From contig CBDBGT010000010.1 of the NCBI GenBank assembly GCA_965205365.1, positions 328,048 to 392,047 of the forward strand: DNA of 64,000 nucleotides, in the 5' to 3' direction. Shown in pieces: positions 48,017 to 58,026 of this stretch; the first letter of the stretch is position 1; each line of letters begins with the position of its first letter. The translations under genes were made by a program, and so were the position numbers. The notes beneath the pieces are model-generated. The model was not told where the DNA came from, did not search any database, and saw only the letters and a list, made by a program, of their open reading frames with translations. This DNA is from Bdellovibrionales bacterium. Its GTDB lineage: Bacteria; Bdellovibrionota; Bdellovibrionia; Bdellovibrionales; UBA1609.

Positions 48017-49680
48017 TCACCCGTTGGCACCATCAGCAGATGGGCCACCACTACCATCAGAACCAGGACCACCATCACCACCATCAGCAGCACCACCACC
48101 ACTACCAGTGCCACCATCTTTGCCGCCGTCACCGTCACGACCGCCGCCGCTACTGCCACCGTCATTACTAACCCAGCTACCGTCACCCCGGCCGCCACCA
48201 ACCCACTTTCTCCCGCAGCTCCCGCTACCACCACTCGGTGGAGGAGGTGGATTGTATGAGCATGTATTTTCCATAGTTCTTCCACCACGAGGACACCAAC
48301 CCACTCCTGTATAATAACCCGTGCACGGTCTACAAGTAGATAACGGCAATGGCGCCATGAACTGAGACGCAGCCACTGCTGATATATTGTGAGCTATATC
48401 TATATAACGTGCCTTTAAAGACATTCGACATCCAAAACCTAAATTAGAGTAACGTAAATTATACCCCAAATTAGACTCTGCTCTATTTATGTTGTCAGGC
48501 GCCTTACCACACAAGGTCACTTCGTTACAACGCACCCATTTTCCTGACGTTGTAAAAGATGTCTTAACCGCTCCACCTGGACATACTGGAACTCCAGCTG
48601 GACCCTCAAACGTTGACTCATCTTTGCACACCATTACAAAAGCTTTTGCTTTTGACTCCGCAAAGCCTGTTAAATCAACATTCATATCAATTCCTGTTGC
48701 ACACTGAGGTGTTGGAGCACTTTGATACATATTGATGTTAATATCTCTTAACTCATTTTCATCAGCTGCAATTCTTGAGTATGAAAAAAGAGAGCTTAAT
48801 GAACATTTTTGATTGCTGTTGTTTTTACCAATATAACTTGTTGTCGCTGTAATCCAAAAACCTATATCAGAACGCCCATTGTCTTCAACAGTGATTCCAT
48901 CTAAAAAATCTTTTGACTGTGGATGCCCTAACCTACTCCCACCAGGTATGGCTAACACTGGCCATGGATTACAAGACCGCTCTCCTGTTAGAATGTTATA
49001 AACCTCTATTTTTAAGGTTGTTACTGGTGATTTTAATCTGTACTCAACATCAGAATCTTCTAAACTCATAGGCGCACTTCCCCTATAAGAGCGTCCATGA
49101 ACAGTTGAGCAAAACCTACTGTCCTTATTATAAATAGCATTTAATGTAGACATCACCCCTCGAAGAGACAAATAATTTCTAATAATAGTGTCTGAGCCTG
49201 TTTTAATCCACAGCTCTTCCTCCTCACCGACAATCTCATCATCATCAAAAAGAACATTAGATTTACCTAAACTGTTGTTTAAAAATTTAATTTCATTTGT
49301 ATTGTCATCTAACTTAGCTACGGATTTTGCAACACCCAAAGTCTTTAACTTATCTAAGGTTCCACGGGTATAGGATACACACTCTCTATGCAAATTTAAA
49401 GTTTCTTTGTTCAATCTAGAATTGCTATAATAGCCAAAGCTAAGAACAAAAGTTAACAGTATTGAAACAGACACCATCACTTCAATGAGTGAAAACCCAT
49501 GTAACTTCTTGTCTAAGCCTGAACAGGTGAACTCTCCATGGTTGTTTCTTATGTCTTTTACAAGAGGCGCAACATAAGCTACGGCTTTAGTAGATAAATG
49601 GCTTACCCTAACAGGTTCTATGTTTAAGCTTAATCCTGTGTAAGTACCTTTTTCATGCTGCCTTAGCAGAGAGAGAATAA
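48017..49680 (-). CDS. large type IV pilin-like protein Y2, with no start codon of its own; open frame runs from the C25 tract to the stop
   Basis: Track ORF 48017-49480 (487 aa). The same frame is open back to the tract (LILSLLRQHEKGTYTGLSLNIEPVRVSHL...GEFTCSGLDKKLHG|FSLIEVMVS...). Confidence 0.7.
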
Positions 49681-49705
49681 GGGGGGGGGGGGGGGGGGGG
49701 GGGGG
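49681..49705 (-). repeat. homopolymer tract G25 on plus strand (C25 in the coding sense), unit 3
   Basis: Counted directly (10+10+5). Confidence 0.9.
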
Positions 49706-49799
49706 TGAATTGAGTTTTGACCCTTAAAAACTTTCTTTTAAAAATCATAATCATGTTTTTACCCATATGAAGAGATGTTGTTACAAATAAAATTAACAT
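49706..49799 (-). CDS. X-derived leader ORF feeding into the C tract, unit 3
   Basis: ATG at 49799; same leader sequence as unit 2. With C25 it terminates at a TGA shortly after the tract. Confidence 0.6.
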
Positions 49800-50239
49800 A
49801 GCGACTTAACCTTACTTAAGTAAAAAAATTTATTAATATTCTTGCTCAATTTAACTATAAATACAAATCCTATAAAATAAGGCTTTAGATTAAAAGTGCT
49901 GTAAAGTTTGGTTTAAGGGCGATTTAGTTTACTACAAAAGATGAATTGATTCCGTTTAAGACAAAAGCCTAGTGCTTCCCCCTCATTACTTTAAAACTTT
50001 TCCACTGTTAAACAGTTATCCTAAGGCTCCTCTTCCTGATTACACCAACTCTAAATTAAAAATCACTTTCTAATTTTTAATTTTCTTCTGTTTAGTTAAA
50101 TCTAGAAAAACCTCACTAAATTCACTTTTTACGCTCTCTAAATAAATTTCTATTGTCTTTAATGCCCAAGCCTGTTTTTGATCTCTTCTAGATTAACTCT
50201 TTGTTCAAATGTATGAATCCCCTATGGATGTCAATATTT

Positions 50240-51263
50240 AACCCGAGTTCGGACTTTCTAAACCTACTGAAGCAGCCTTTCTTCAAGTACTTGAAGTCTA
50301 ATAGAGGGTTTTCTTGGACGCAAACAGTACGCCGTTAGTGCCGAAAGTAAATTTACCACAAAGTTTTTTGGGCTTCGGTGTCTTGAGTGTTCAAGATGAA
50401 ATTCCTCCTTTAAAATCCCAAAAGCAGTTTCAACAATGTACCTTTTCCTCAGGAGTAGTTTATCAAAAAGAGGAACAAACTTATTTTTCATATTGGATTT
50501 AAGATTTGTTATGACTTGAACCCCTTTACTCATCAATTTTTCAAATAGCTTTTGGGATATATATCCTTTGTCTCCAAACAATTTTCCAAAAATATTCTCA
50601 GCTAAACCCTCTACAGGCTTTGTATCATGAACATTTCCTGGGGTTATGGTAAAACTTAAGAGCTCCCCTTTGTGAGAAATGACTATGTGAACTTTAAAAC
50701 CAAAGAGAACCAGCCCATTGTTGATTTCCCACGTTTTCAAAGTCCTTTAAAGGTTTTGTGACGACCGATTCTTTTGTTATTACAAACAACAATGGGACTG
50801 GAGTCTACAACAGATATTCCTGTGCAAATATTTGATTGCATAAGTGAGTGTAAAAAAATAAGAATTTGAGGTGCTGAAGATTTTTTAAGTTCTACAAACC
50901 TATTGTAGGACAAGAGTTTTGGGAAATAAGGTTTTAGAAATTTTTGAACATAACCTGTATAGAAAGTTTTAAAATTTCTGAAGCCGGAAAATTGGAATAA
51001 TAAACAGATGGTGATGACTTCAGACTCAGATAACGCAGATGGAAAACCTCTCTTTCTTTTGCTGGGTATGAGTTTGGACTGTTCTTTGTTTAACCCTAAA
51101 ATAAAGTCGTCAACAAGAGTAAAAACTTCTATAATTTGATTTTCTTCGATCATTCCCGGCTCCTTTTTGCAGATCAGTAAAAAACAACTAAATCTTACAA
51201 AAGGCTGGGATGATCTTTTATTTATCCAGCACTTAGGTCCTGAAAAAAGTTCGAACTCGGGTT
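50240..51263 (-). mobile_element. IS982-family element, copy 4 (1024 bp, defective)
   Basis: Flanking duplication is ATTT (or TATTTA). It has the same TGA nonsense change, the same 2-bp insertion and the same GTTCGGAC end variant as copy 1. The track shows split ORFs 50737-51153 and 50264-50740. Confidence 0.85.
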
Positions 51264-51425
51264 ATTTATTAAGAACAATAAATTCTGTACTAAGATAAAA
51301 ATCTTTGCCATGACTATACCACTTGGCACGAGCCATTGCAGCCAAATCAGGCTATGTTTTCTGCTTAAAAAGGAAATACCTTTATTTTAAAAATTATTTT
51401 TTATAATTGCTATTTACTGTAACGC

Positions 51426-53927
51426 TCACTCAATCTTAAAAGTTAATTTTTCTTTTAAAGCATCAACTTTCACAGTCACACCTTTTTTTACTTCCCCATT
51501 AAGAACCATAAGTGACAAAGGGTTTATAAGAAATTTCTCAATAGTTCTTTTTAAAGGTCTTGCTCCAAATTCTGGATTATAGCCTTTTTTAAAAATAAAC
51601 TTTTTAGCCTCATCGGTGAAGAAAATTTTAATTCCCCTACTCATTATACGGTCTTGAACCTCTAATACTAAAAGATCTACAATCTTTATTAAACCCTTAT
51701 CTTTTAAAGCATTATACTTTAAAACCTCATCAATTCTATTTAAAAACTCTGGTTTAAAATGTATTTTTAAATCCTCATTTTTTAAATTTGATGTCATGAC
51801 TACCAAGGTATTCTTAAAATCTACAACCTTTCCTTGACCATCACTAAGCCTTCCCTCATCAAAAACTTGAAGAAGTACGTTTAAAACATCTAAATGAGCT
51901 TTTTCAATTTCATCTAGTAAAATTACTGAAAATGGCGCTCTTCTAATTTTTTCAGTTAACTGCCCCCCTTCTTTATAGCCAACATATCCTGGAGGAGAGC
52001 CTATTAGTTTAGATACTGAATGTTTTTCCATATACTCGCTCATATCTACTCTAACAATTTTTTCTTCATCATTAAAAAGCTGTTCAGCTAAAGCCTTTAC
52101 AGTCTCTGTTTTTCCAACCCCTGTAGGGCCTAAAAATAAAAAAACCCCTAAAGGTTTGTTTGGATCTGAAAGCCCTGCTTTTGACCTCAACACGGCTTTA
52201 GATATGGTTTCTAAGGACTCATCCTGACCCACCACTCTTTCTTTTAAATTTTGCTCAAGTTTAAGGAGTTTTTCTCGTTCACTATCTATAAGCTTTGAAA
52301 CTGGAATCTTAGTCCATTTAGAAATCACCTTTGCAACTTCCTCAGCACCCAAACTGTCTGTTAAAAAACCTGTTGTTTTTAAAGAAGCCTGTATCAGAGC
52401 TATTTTCTGTTCAAGCTCAGGCAAAGTTCCATATTTAAGTTCTGCAGCAACCTCTAAATCTCCAGTTTTTTCAACCTGTTGAAGTTTTAGCTTTGCATTT
52501 TCATACTCTACCTTTAAATCCTTTTCCTTATTAAGAATAGTCTTCTCTTTTTCCCAAGTTGTTACAAGCTCACTTTTTTTAGACAGCTTCTCATCTAAAA
52601 GTTTTTTTACAGAATCTAGGCTTGCATCTTCTTCAGACTCTAAGGCCTTAACTTTTATCTGCAATCTAATGATTTCTCTTTGAAGCTCATCGATTTGTAT
52701 GGGTACTGAGTTAATTTCAATATTTAACTGACTTGCTGCCTCATCAATTAAATCAATGGCTTTATCTGGTAAAAACCTATGATTAATATACCTAGAGCTC
52801 AAGTCCACAGCAGCACTTAAAGCTTCATCTTTAATCCTTACTCCGTGATGAAGTTCATACTTTTCTTTTAATCCTCTTAAAATTGCAAGGGCATCTTCTT
52901 TAGTTGGTTCATCTACCACAGTAGACTGAAACCTTCTTTCTAAGGCCTTATCTTTTTCAATATACTCTTTATACTCATCAAGGGTTGTAGCACCAACTAC
53001 ACGAAGCTCCCCTCTAGACAATGCTGGTTTTAACAGTTGAGCTGCATCCATAGCCCCTTCTGATTTCCCTGCCCCAACTAAAGTATGAAGCTCATCAATG
53101 AACAGTATAATCTCGCCTCCTGAATCAGTAGCTTCCTGAACTACTGCCTTAAGCCTTTCTTCAAACTCACCTTTATATTTAGCCCCAGCTACTAAAAGAC
53201 CCATATCTAAGCTGTAGATTTTTTTACCTAATAGAGTGTCTGGAACATCCCCATCTTGAATTCTCCCAGCAAGGCCCTCAACAATGGCTGTTTTTCCTAC
53301 GCCAGGCTCTCCAATAAGAACTGGATTGTTCTTTGTCCGCCTTAATAAAACCTGAATAGTTCTACGTATTTCTTCATCTCTCCCTATTACAGGGTCTAAC
53401 TTATTTTCAAATGCCATTTGATTTAAATTCTTACAATATTTATTAAGAGCATCATGTGTACCTTCAGGATTGTCTGTAGTGACTTTCTTTCCACCTCGTT
53501 TTTTTAGAATCCATTCTTTTAATGAGTTTTCTGTAAAATCTATTCCTTTAAAACATTCTAAAAATTCAGATTGGTTTAACATAAGATAAAACAAAAAGTG
53601 TTCTGTAGAGATAAATTTATCGCCCATCTCTTTTGCTTTTTCTAATGCCATGGACACTGCTCGCTGAATGTATACTGAAAAAGGAACCGATCCCTGAAGC
53701 GGAGTACTTAACCTAGGTGCGGCCTCCATTTTTTTCTCAAAAACACTTTTTATTTCAATTTTATGGTCTGTAAAAAATTTTCTAAAAAGAGCATCCCCAT
53801 TCCCCATAAATTCAAGAAATAAACACCCAGCATTAACTTCAGAAAAAGAACGCGCTAAAGCTTTTTCATGAGCAGCCTGGAAACTCTCCATGACAATCTG
53901 TGTAAACTTAGAATTCATATTGTCCAC
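51426..53927 (-). CDS. clpB: ATP-dependent chaperone/disaggregase ClpB
   Basis: 833 aa with two AAA+ modules ([15 protein letters not shown]; [15 protein letters not shown]) separated by a long coiled-coil middle domain. The start may be ATG 53918 (MNSKFTQ...). Confidence 0.9.
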   Translation of the reverse strand: MDNMNSKFTQIVMESFQAAHEKALARSFSEVNAGCLFLEFMGNGDALFRKFFTDHKIEIKSVFEKKMEAAPRLSTPLQGSVPFSVYIQRAVSMALEKAKEMGDKFISTEHFLFYLMLNQSEFLECFKGIDFTENSLKEWILKKRGGKKVTTDNPEGTHDALNKYCKNLNQMAFENKLDPVIGRDEEIRRTIQVLLRRTKNNPVLIGEPGVGKTAIVEGLAGRIQDGDVPDTLLGKKIYSLDMGLLVAGAKYKGEFEERLKAVVQEATDSGGEIILFIDELHTLVGAGKSEGAMDAAQLLKPALSRGELRVVGATTLDEYKEYIEKDKALERRFQSTVVDEPTKEDALAILRGLKEKYELHHGVRIKDEALSAAVDLSSRYINHRFLPDKAIDLIDEAASQLNIEINSVPIQIDELQREIIRLQIKVKALESEEDASLDSVKKLLDEKLSKKSELVTTWEKEKTILNKEKDLKVEYENAKLKLQQVEKTGDLEVAAELKYGTLPELEQKIALIQASLKTTGFLTDSLGAEEVAKVISKWTKIPVSKLIDSEREKLLKLEQNLKERVVGQDESLETISKAVLRSKAGLSDPNKPLGVFLFLGPTGVGKTETVKALAEQLFNDEEKIVRVDMSEYMEKHSVSKLIGSPPGYVGYKEGGQLTEKIRRAPFSVILLDEIEKAHLDVLNVLLQVFDEGRLSDGQGKVVDFKNTLVVMTSNLKNEDLKIHFKPEFLNRIDEVLKYNALKDKGLIKIVDLLVLEVQDRIMSRGIKIFFTDEAKKFIFKKGYNPEFGARPLKRTIEKFLINPLSLMVLNGEVKKGVTVKVDALKEKLTFKIE

Positions 53928-53944
53928 AACACACCTCCAAGCAT

Positions 53945-53977
53945 AAAATATGAGAACTAAAAATTTTTCGTCAAGGT
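53945..53977 (-). promoter_or_regulatory. possible sigma-32-type promoter of clpB
   Basis: The minus strand reads CTTGACG-N14-CTCATATT, against the consensus CTTGAAA-N13-15-CCCCATNT. This is a weak match. Confidence 0.25.
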
Positions 53978-54160
53978 CAACAAAATACTATTCCAACAAT
54001 ACACCCCCAAAACTGTTTAAAAAATATATACCTAGCTTTAACTTTTAAGTCTTTTTTTGAGAATATGCTTAAAAGAAGCTAAAATTAGGACAAAAAGCCT
54101 AAAAATAACACTCCAAACAATCGATTAAATAGATGAAAACTTTTCTAATAGGAGAAACTG

Positions 54161-54856
54161 ATGAAAACTAAGAAATTAATTTTAAGTACAGCTTTATTGA
54201 TTTTTACAGGCTGCACAGCTAACGTAAACTCACGTTCAAACTCAGCTCTTAATGATAAAAATTCTCGCTCAGGTAAAACCCCTGGCTTAATAAATGAAAG
54301 TATCTCGTTTAGCGCAGGAATCAGTGATTCTTCAGGTGTTTTGGGCAACAATCAAATCATTAGCTATAACAATACAACCAAAAGCCTTGAAATCAAAATC
54401 CCCTTCCCTTTAATATCTATAATTCCAGAAACATCAGGCACATTACCTCAAAACCCAAATATTGCTTTCGTAACCAACCCTGTTGAAAAAACAATAACTC
54501 TAATTATTCCCCTACTAAACTATATAGAACTTACAGAGAATCCAACAACTTTGCCTGATGGAAGGCCTCTTCCAGGTGTCAATGGCGGAGAACCACCATC
54601 ATTTGGCTTTCCACTTACGTTTTTAAGTAGTAGTGCCTATGGGTATGCAGCCTTTGATTCCTTTTCAATCTTTGTAGAGACAGACCTTCTTAAAAACCTT
54701 CCCTTTGACTTAAATTTTCCTATAAAATCTGAACAGAACCAAAGTCATATAGGAAGTATATACTTGCTAGCTCCTCTTAACAATTACCACGGAGGTGTCT
54801 TTCTCTCATTTAGTCTACCACACGAGCTTTCCGTACTCCTAGCAAATATCCAGTAA
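54161..54856 (+). CDS. hypothetical lipoprotein
   Basis: MKTKKLILSTALLIFTGC lipobox; 231 aa. Confidence 0.55.
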   Translation: MKTKKLILSTALLIFTGCTANVNSRSNSALNDKNSRSGKTPGLINESISFSAGISDSSGVLGNNQIISYNNTTKSLEIKIPFPLISIIPETSGTLPQNPNIAFVTNPVEKTITLIIPLLNYIELTENPTTLPDGRPLPGVNGGEPPSFGFPLTFLSSSAYGYAAFDSFSIFVETDLLKNLPFDLNFPIKSEQNQSHIGSIYLLAPLNNYHGGVFLSFSLPHELSVLLANIQ

Positions 54857-54944
54857 TACGCCACTATAATAGGTCAGTTTGGAGCAAAGTGTCTTTCACT
54901 CTTGCTCCTTAAACATTTCTACTTCATTATAAGTATATTAAAAT

Positions 54945-55688
54945 ATGAGGTATGTTATGGCTAAAAAAAAGAAAAATACTAGAAAAAAAACTACAACTAA
55001 AAAAATAACTAAGAAAAAACCTACAACTAAAAAAATAACTAAGAAAAAAACTGCAACTAAAAAAATAACTAAGAAAAAAACTACAACTAAAAAAATAACT
55101 AAGAAAAAAACTACAGCTAAAAAAATAACTAAGAAAAAAACTACAGCTAAAAAAATAACTAAGAAAAAAACTGCAGCTAAAAAAATAACTAAGAAAAAAA
55201 CTACAACTAAAAAAATAACTAAGAAAAAAACTGCAGCTAAAAAAATAACTAAGAAAAAAACTGCAGCTAAAAAAATAGCGAAGAAGAAAAGCACTGTTCT
55301 TAAAAAAATTTCAAAAAGAGAAGCAGCAAACAAAAAAATTCAAGCTCAAAAGCTTGTAGATTCCATAAAAACCATAACTAAAAAACCTCTTACACAAGAC
55401 TTTAAACCCAAAAAAAATAAAAAACCTGCAACTCCCAACCTAGAAGAAATTTTAAAAAATAAATCCTATGTAACTCCTATAAATCCTTTCGTAATTAAAG
55501 ATACAAAGAAGAAAAAAGATACTGATCATGATGAATCAGAAGAAGGCACATCTTCAATAAATGATCTTTTAGTTGACAGTGGAAACCTAGAAAAATTAGA
55601 TTCAGATGACGAACAAGAAGATGAACTCTATGAAGATATCAGTAACTTAATCGACGAAGACTCTAATGACGATGACAACTACTTCTAA
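54945..55688 (+). CDS. lysine-rich repeat protein with an acidic C-terminal tail (histone H1-like composition)
   Basis: 247 aa. It has ~10 copies of KKITKKKT[TA][TA], then DSDDEQEDELYEDISNLIDEDSNDDDNYF. Confidence 0.6.
   Translation: MRYVMAKKKKNTRKKTTTKKITKKKPTTKKITKKKTATKKITKKKTTTKKITKKKTTAKKITKKKTTAKKITKKKTAAKKITKKKTTTKKITKKKTAAKKITKKKTAAKKIAKKKSTVLKKISKREAANKKIQAQKLVDSIKTITKKPLTQDFKPKKNKKPATPNLEEILKNKSYVTPINPFVIKDTKKKKDTDHDESEEGTSSINDLLVDSGNLEKLDSDDEQEDELYEDISNLIDEDSNDDDNYF
54991..55290 (+). repeat. about 10 tandem copies of a 30-bp unit (CTACAACTAAAAAAATAACTAAGAAAAAAA-like)
   Basis: The period of 30 bp is visible directly. Units differ mainly at ACA/GCA/GCT codons. Confidence 0.85.
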
Positions 55689-55836
55689 TTTTCTTTTCCT
55701 ATATAAATGCTGCTTATCTTTTTTAGCAAGAGTTTTAAACGTTTTTTGGATTTAAATATTTTTTAAGCCTCTTAACCTTATTTTAGAACAATAGGTTTAG
55801 GAAGTAAGATTTTAAAAATTTTTAAACATATTTTTC

Positions 55837-57735
55837 TTATTTTAAAACTAGATTCAAAATCTTTGATTTTGGAAGTGGGCTTCCTGGAGGCGGCTGTATA
55901 GATTTAACCTTACCACTGCCTAAAGTTTTAAAAATAAGTTTTGTATCTTTAGCCACTTTAACGGCCTCTCTCAACGAAAAGCCTCTAAGATTCGGCACTC
56001 GCCCGTTTAGTATACTTTCAAAATTTTCATTTTTCTTAAAAAAGCTCTCCTGCCCCATGGAGGCTAGATTTTTAATATTAGATCCGTCCATTTTATCAGG
56101 AAAAATTTGATCTTTACCAAGCATAAACTCAGCTAATTTAACAAAAACAGGACCAGCTGAAGCTCCACCACTCCTTGGTTTCACAGGTTCATCAATCATT
56201 ATGAGAGCAACATATTTAGGTTTTGAAAGTGGATAAACTCCAACAAAACTAGACAGTACTTCTTTTCTATAACCACCATTAATTAAGTCAGATTTTTGAG
56301 AAGTTCCAGTTTTTCCACCAACTAAATACCCTGGTACAACTGCGGCCTCACCTGTGCCACCTAAAGATACAACAGACGATAAAAACCCCCTTGCTAAAAA
56401 CAGTTCTTTTTTTGAATAAACTTTCTTAAAAGGTTTTAATTCATATTTTTTAAATTTTTTCCCTTCTGTGTATCCTTTTAAATAATGGGGTTTTACAAGA
56501 TACCCCTCATTAGCAATGGCACCATAAGCTCTGACAACTTGTAAAGGAGATAATGAAATTCCATAACCAAAAGAAATTGAAGCTAAATGATGTTTGCCTG
56601 ATAATTTCTTATGAAAAATAGGACTTGCTTCACCTGGAAAATCAACCCCTGTTTTTTTAGAAAACCCTAAATTAATATAATGATTAACAAGTTCTTCTTC
56701 TCCTAAGTCCACAGCTAATTGAGCAGAAACTGTATTTAAAGATTTTGAAAAAGCCTTTACTAAAGACATCTGATCACAGTCTTGTTTGTACGAGTTTTTA
56801 ATTTTTCGAATTCCTATAAGGTACCCATCATCTCCACAAGGAAATTGCTTTGATGGTTTTATACCCCCAACACTCACAGCCTTTGTAAAGCTAAATGCTT
56901 TTAATACAGATCCTGGCTCATGTATTTCGGATACAGCAATATTATTAGAATTTTTCTTCCCACTTTTTCTTTCTACTTGAACAGATGATATAATTTTTCC
57001 TGTAGTTGAAGACATAACAACAGCCCAAGCTCTTTTTGCATCGACTTCTTTAACTCTATCTTTTAAAGATTTTTGTAAAAACACTTGTGTTTCTGCATCA
57101 ATATTTAAAAATATATTCTTTCCACTTATTTCTTTAAGAGGGCTTTCATTTGAAAAAATTAAAGGGCGTCTTTTTCCGTCCTGAAGACTTTTAAATTTTA
57201 ATGGCTTTCCTTTTAATAAATGATCATATTCAAGTTCAATACCACTTAAACCATTACCATCAATATCAACTGTCCCAACTAAAAACCCAAGAGAATCCTT
57301 ATTAAAATAAACTCTCTTATACTCCTCTAAAAAACTTAGACCTTTAATTTGGAGTTTTGTGATTTTTTTATACTCACTCTCTGAAATTTTTCTTTTAATC
57401 CAAACAAATCTATTTTTCTTAGACAGTTTTGAATATATTATTTTTCTATCTATATTTAAAATTTTAGAAACTTTATCCATTAATTTATTTTTTTCAACAA
57501 TCATCTGTGGATCAATGAACACAGACCAAGAAGAAACACTTGTTGCTAGAATATCTCCATTTCTATCATAAATATTTCCTCTTTTTGAACGCAGTGTAAC
57601 TTTTGAAGCAAATTGTCTATTTATTTTAGACTCTAATTTTTCATTAGGCATAAGTTGTAATTGAAACACTCTTGCAACCAAGCTTACAAAACTACACAGC
57701 ACTAAAAAATGCAGTACGAACAATTTAAGTTTCAT
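55837..57735 (-). CDS. ftsI: peptidoglycan D,D-transpeptidase FtsI-type class B PBP with a C-terminal PASTA-like domain
   Basis: 632 aa with SxxK (GSVLKAF), SxN (KSLN) and KTG (GGKTGTS). It sits after ftsL in the dcw order. Confidence 0.8.
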   Translation of the reverse strand: MKLKLFVLHFLVLCSFVSLVARVFQLQLMPNEKLESKINRQFASKVTLRSKRGNIYDRNGDILATSVSSWSVFIDPQMIVEKNKLMDKVSKILNIDRKIIYSKLSKKNRFVWIKRKISESEYKKITKLQIKGLSFLEEYKRVYFNKDSLGFLVGTVDIDGNGLSGIELEYDHLLKGKPLKFKSLQDGKRRPLIFSNESPLKEISGKNIFLNIDAETQVFLQKSLKDRVKEVDAKRAWAVVMSSTTGKIISSVQVERKSGKKNSNNIAVSEIHEPGSVLKAFSFTKAVSVGGIKPSKQFPCGDDGYLIGIRKIKNSYKQDCDQMSLVKAFSKSLNTVSAQLAVDLGEEELVNHYINLGFSKKTGVDFPGEASPIFHKKLSGKHHLASISFGYGISLSPLQVVRAYGAIANEGYLVKPHYLKGYTEGKKFKKYELKPFKKVYSKKELFLARGFLSSVVSLGGTGEAAVVPGYLVGGKTGTSQKSDLINGGYRKEVLSSFVGVYPLSKPKYVALIMIDEPVKPRSGGASAGPVFVKLAEFMLGKDQIFPDKMDGSNIKNLASMGQESFFKKNENFESILNGRVPNLRGFSLREAVKVAKDTKLIFKTLGSGKVKSIQPPPGSPLPKSKILNLVLK

Positions 57736-57744
57736 TCCTAACCC

Positions 57745-58026
57745 CTACCTAGTAATCACCAAACCAGACTTATCAATCATCACAACCTGCTCAACCTTTG
57801 GACTGCTTAAAGGAACCATCCCACTAGCTTGAAAAGCCATTCTTTCTGATCCAATTTTATGCTCATAACTTGCTCTTAAGAGTTTTGCTCTATTTTCTTG
57901 TTTTTTTAAAAATTGTGATTTTTCATATAAGTCATATGAAATAATAGCCGTCTGTATTCTAAACTGTAAAATAATTCCCAACGTTAAAAACACTAACAAC
58001 ACATTCAAAAGTTTTATTTTTTTCAT
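57745..58026 (-). CDS. ftsL: cell division protein FtsL-like
   Basis: 93 aa with a single N-terminal TM followed by a coiled region. It lies between rsmH and ftsI. Confidence 0.6.
   Translation of the reverse strand: MKKIKLLNVLLVFLTLGIILQFRIQTAIISYDLYEKSQFLKKQENRAKLLRASYEHKIGSERMAFQASGMVPLSSPKVEQVVMIDKSGLVITR

Noticed and set aside
54938-55333. 131-aa hydrophobic ORF (FLVIFLAAVFF repeats) on the minus strand.
   Set aside because: It is the antisense reading of the lysine-rich 30-bp repeat gene. The periodic sequence is an automatic consequence of the repeat.
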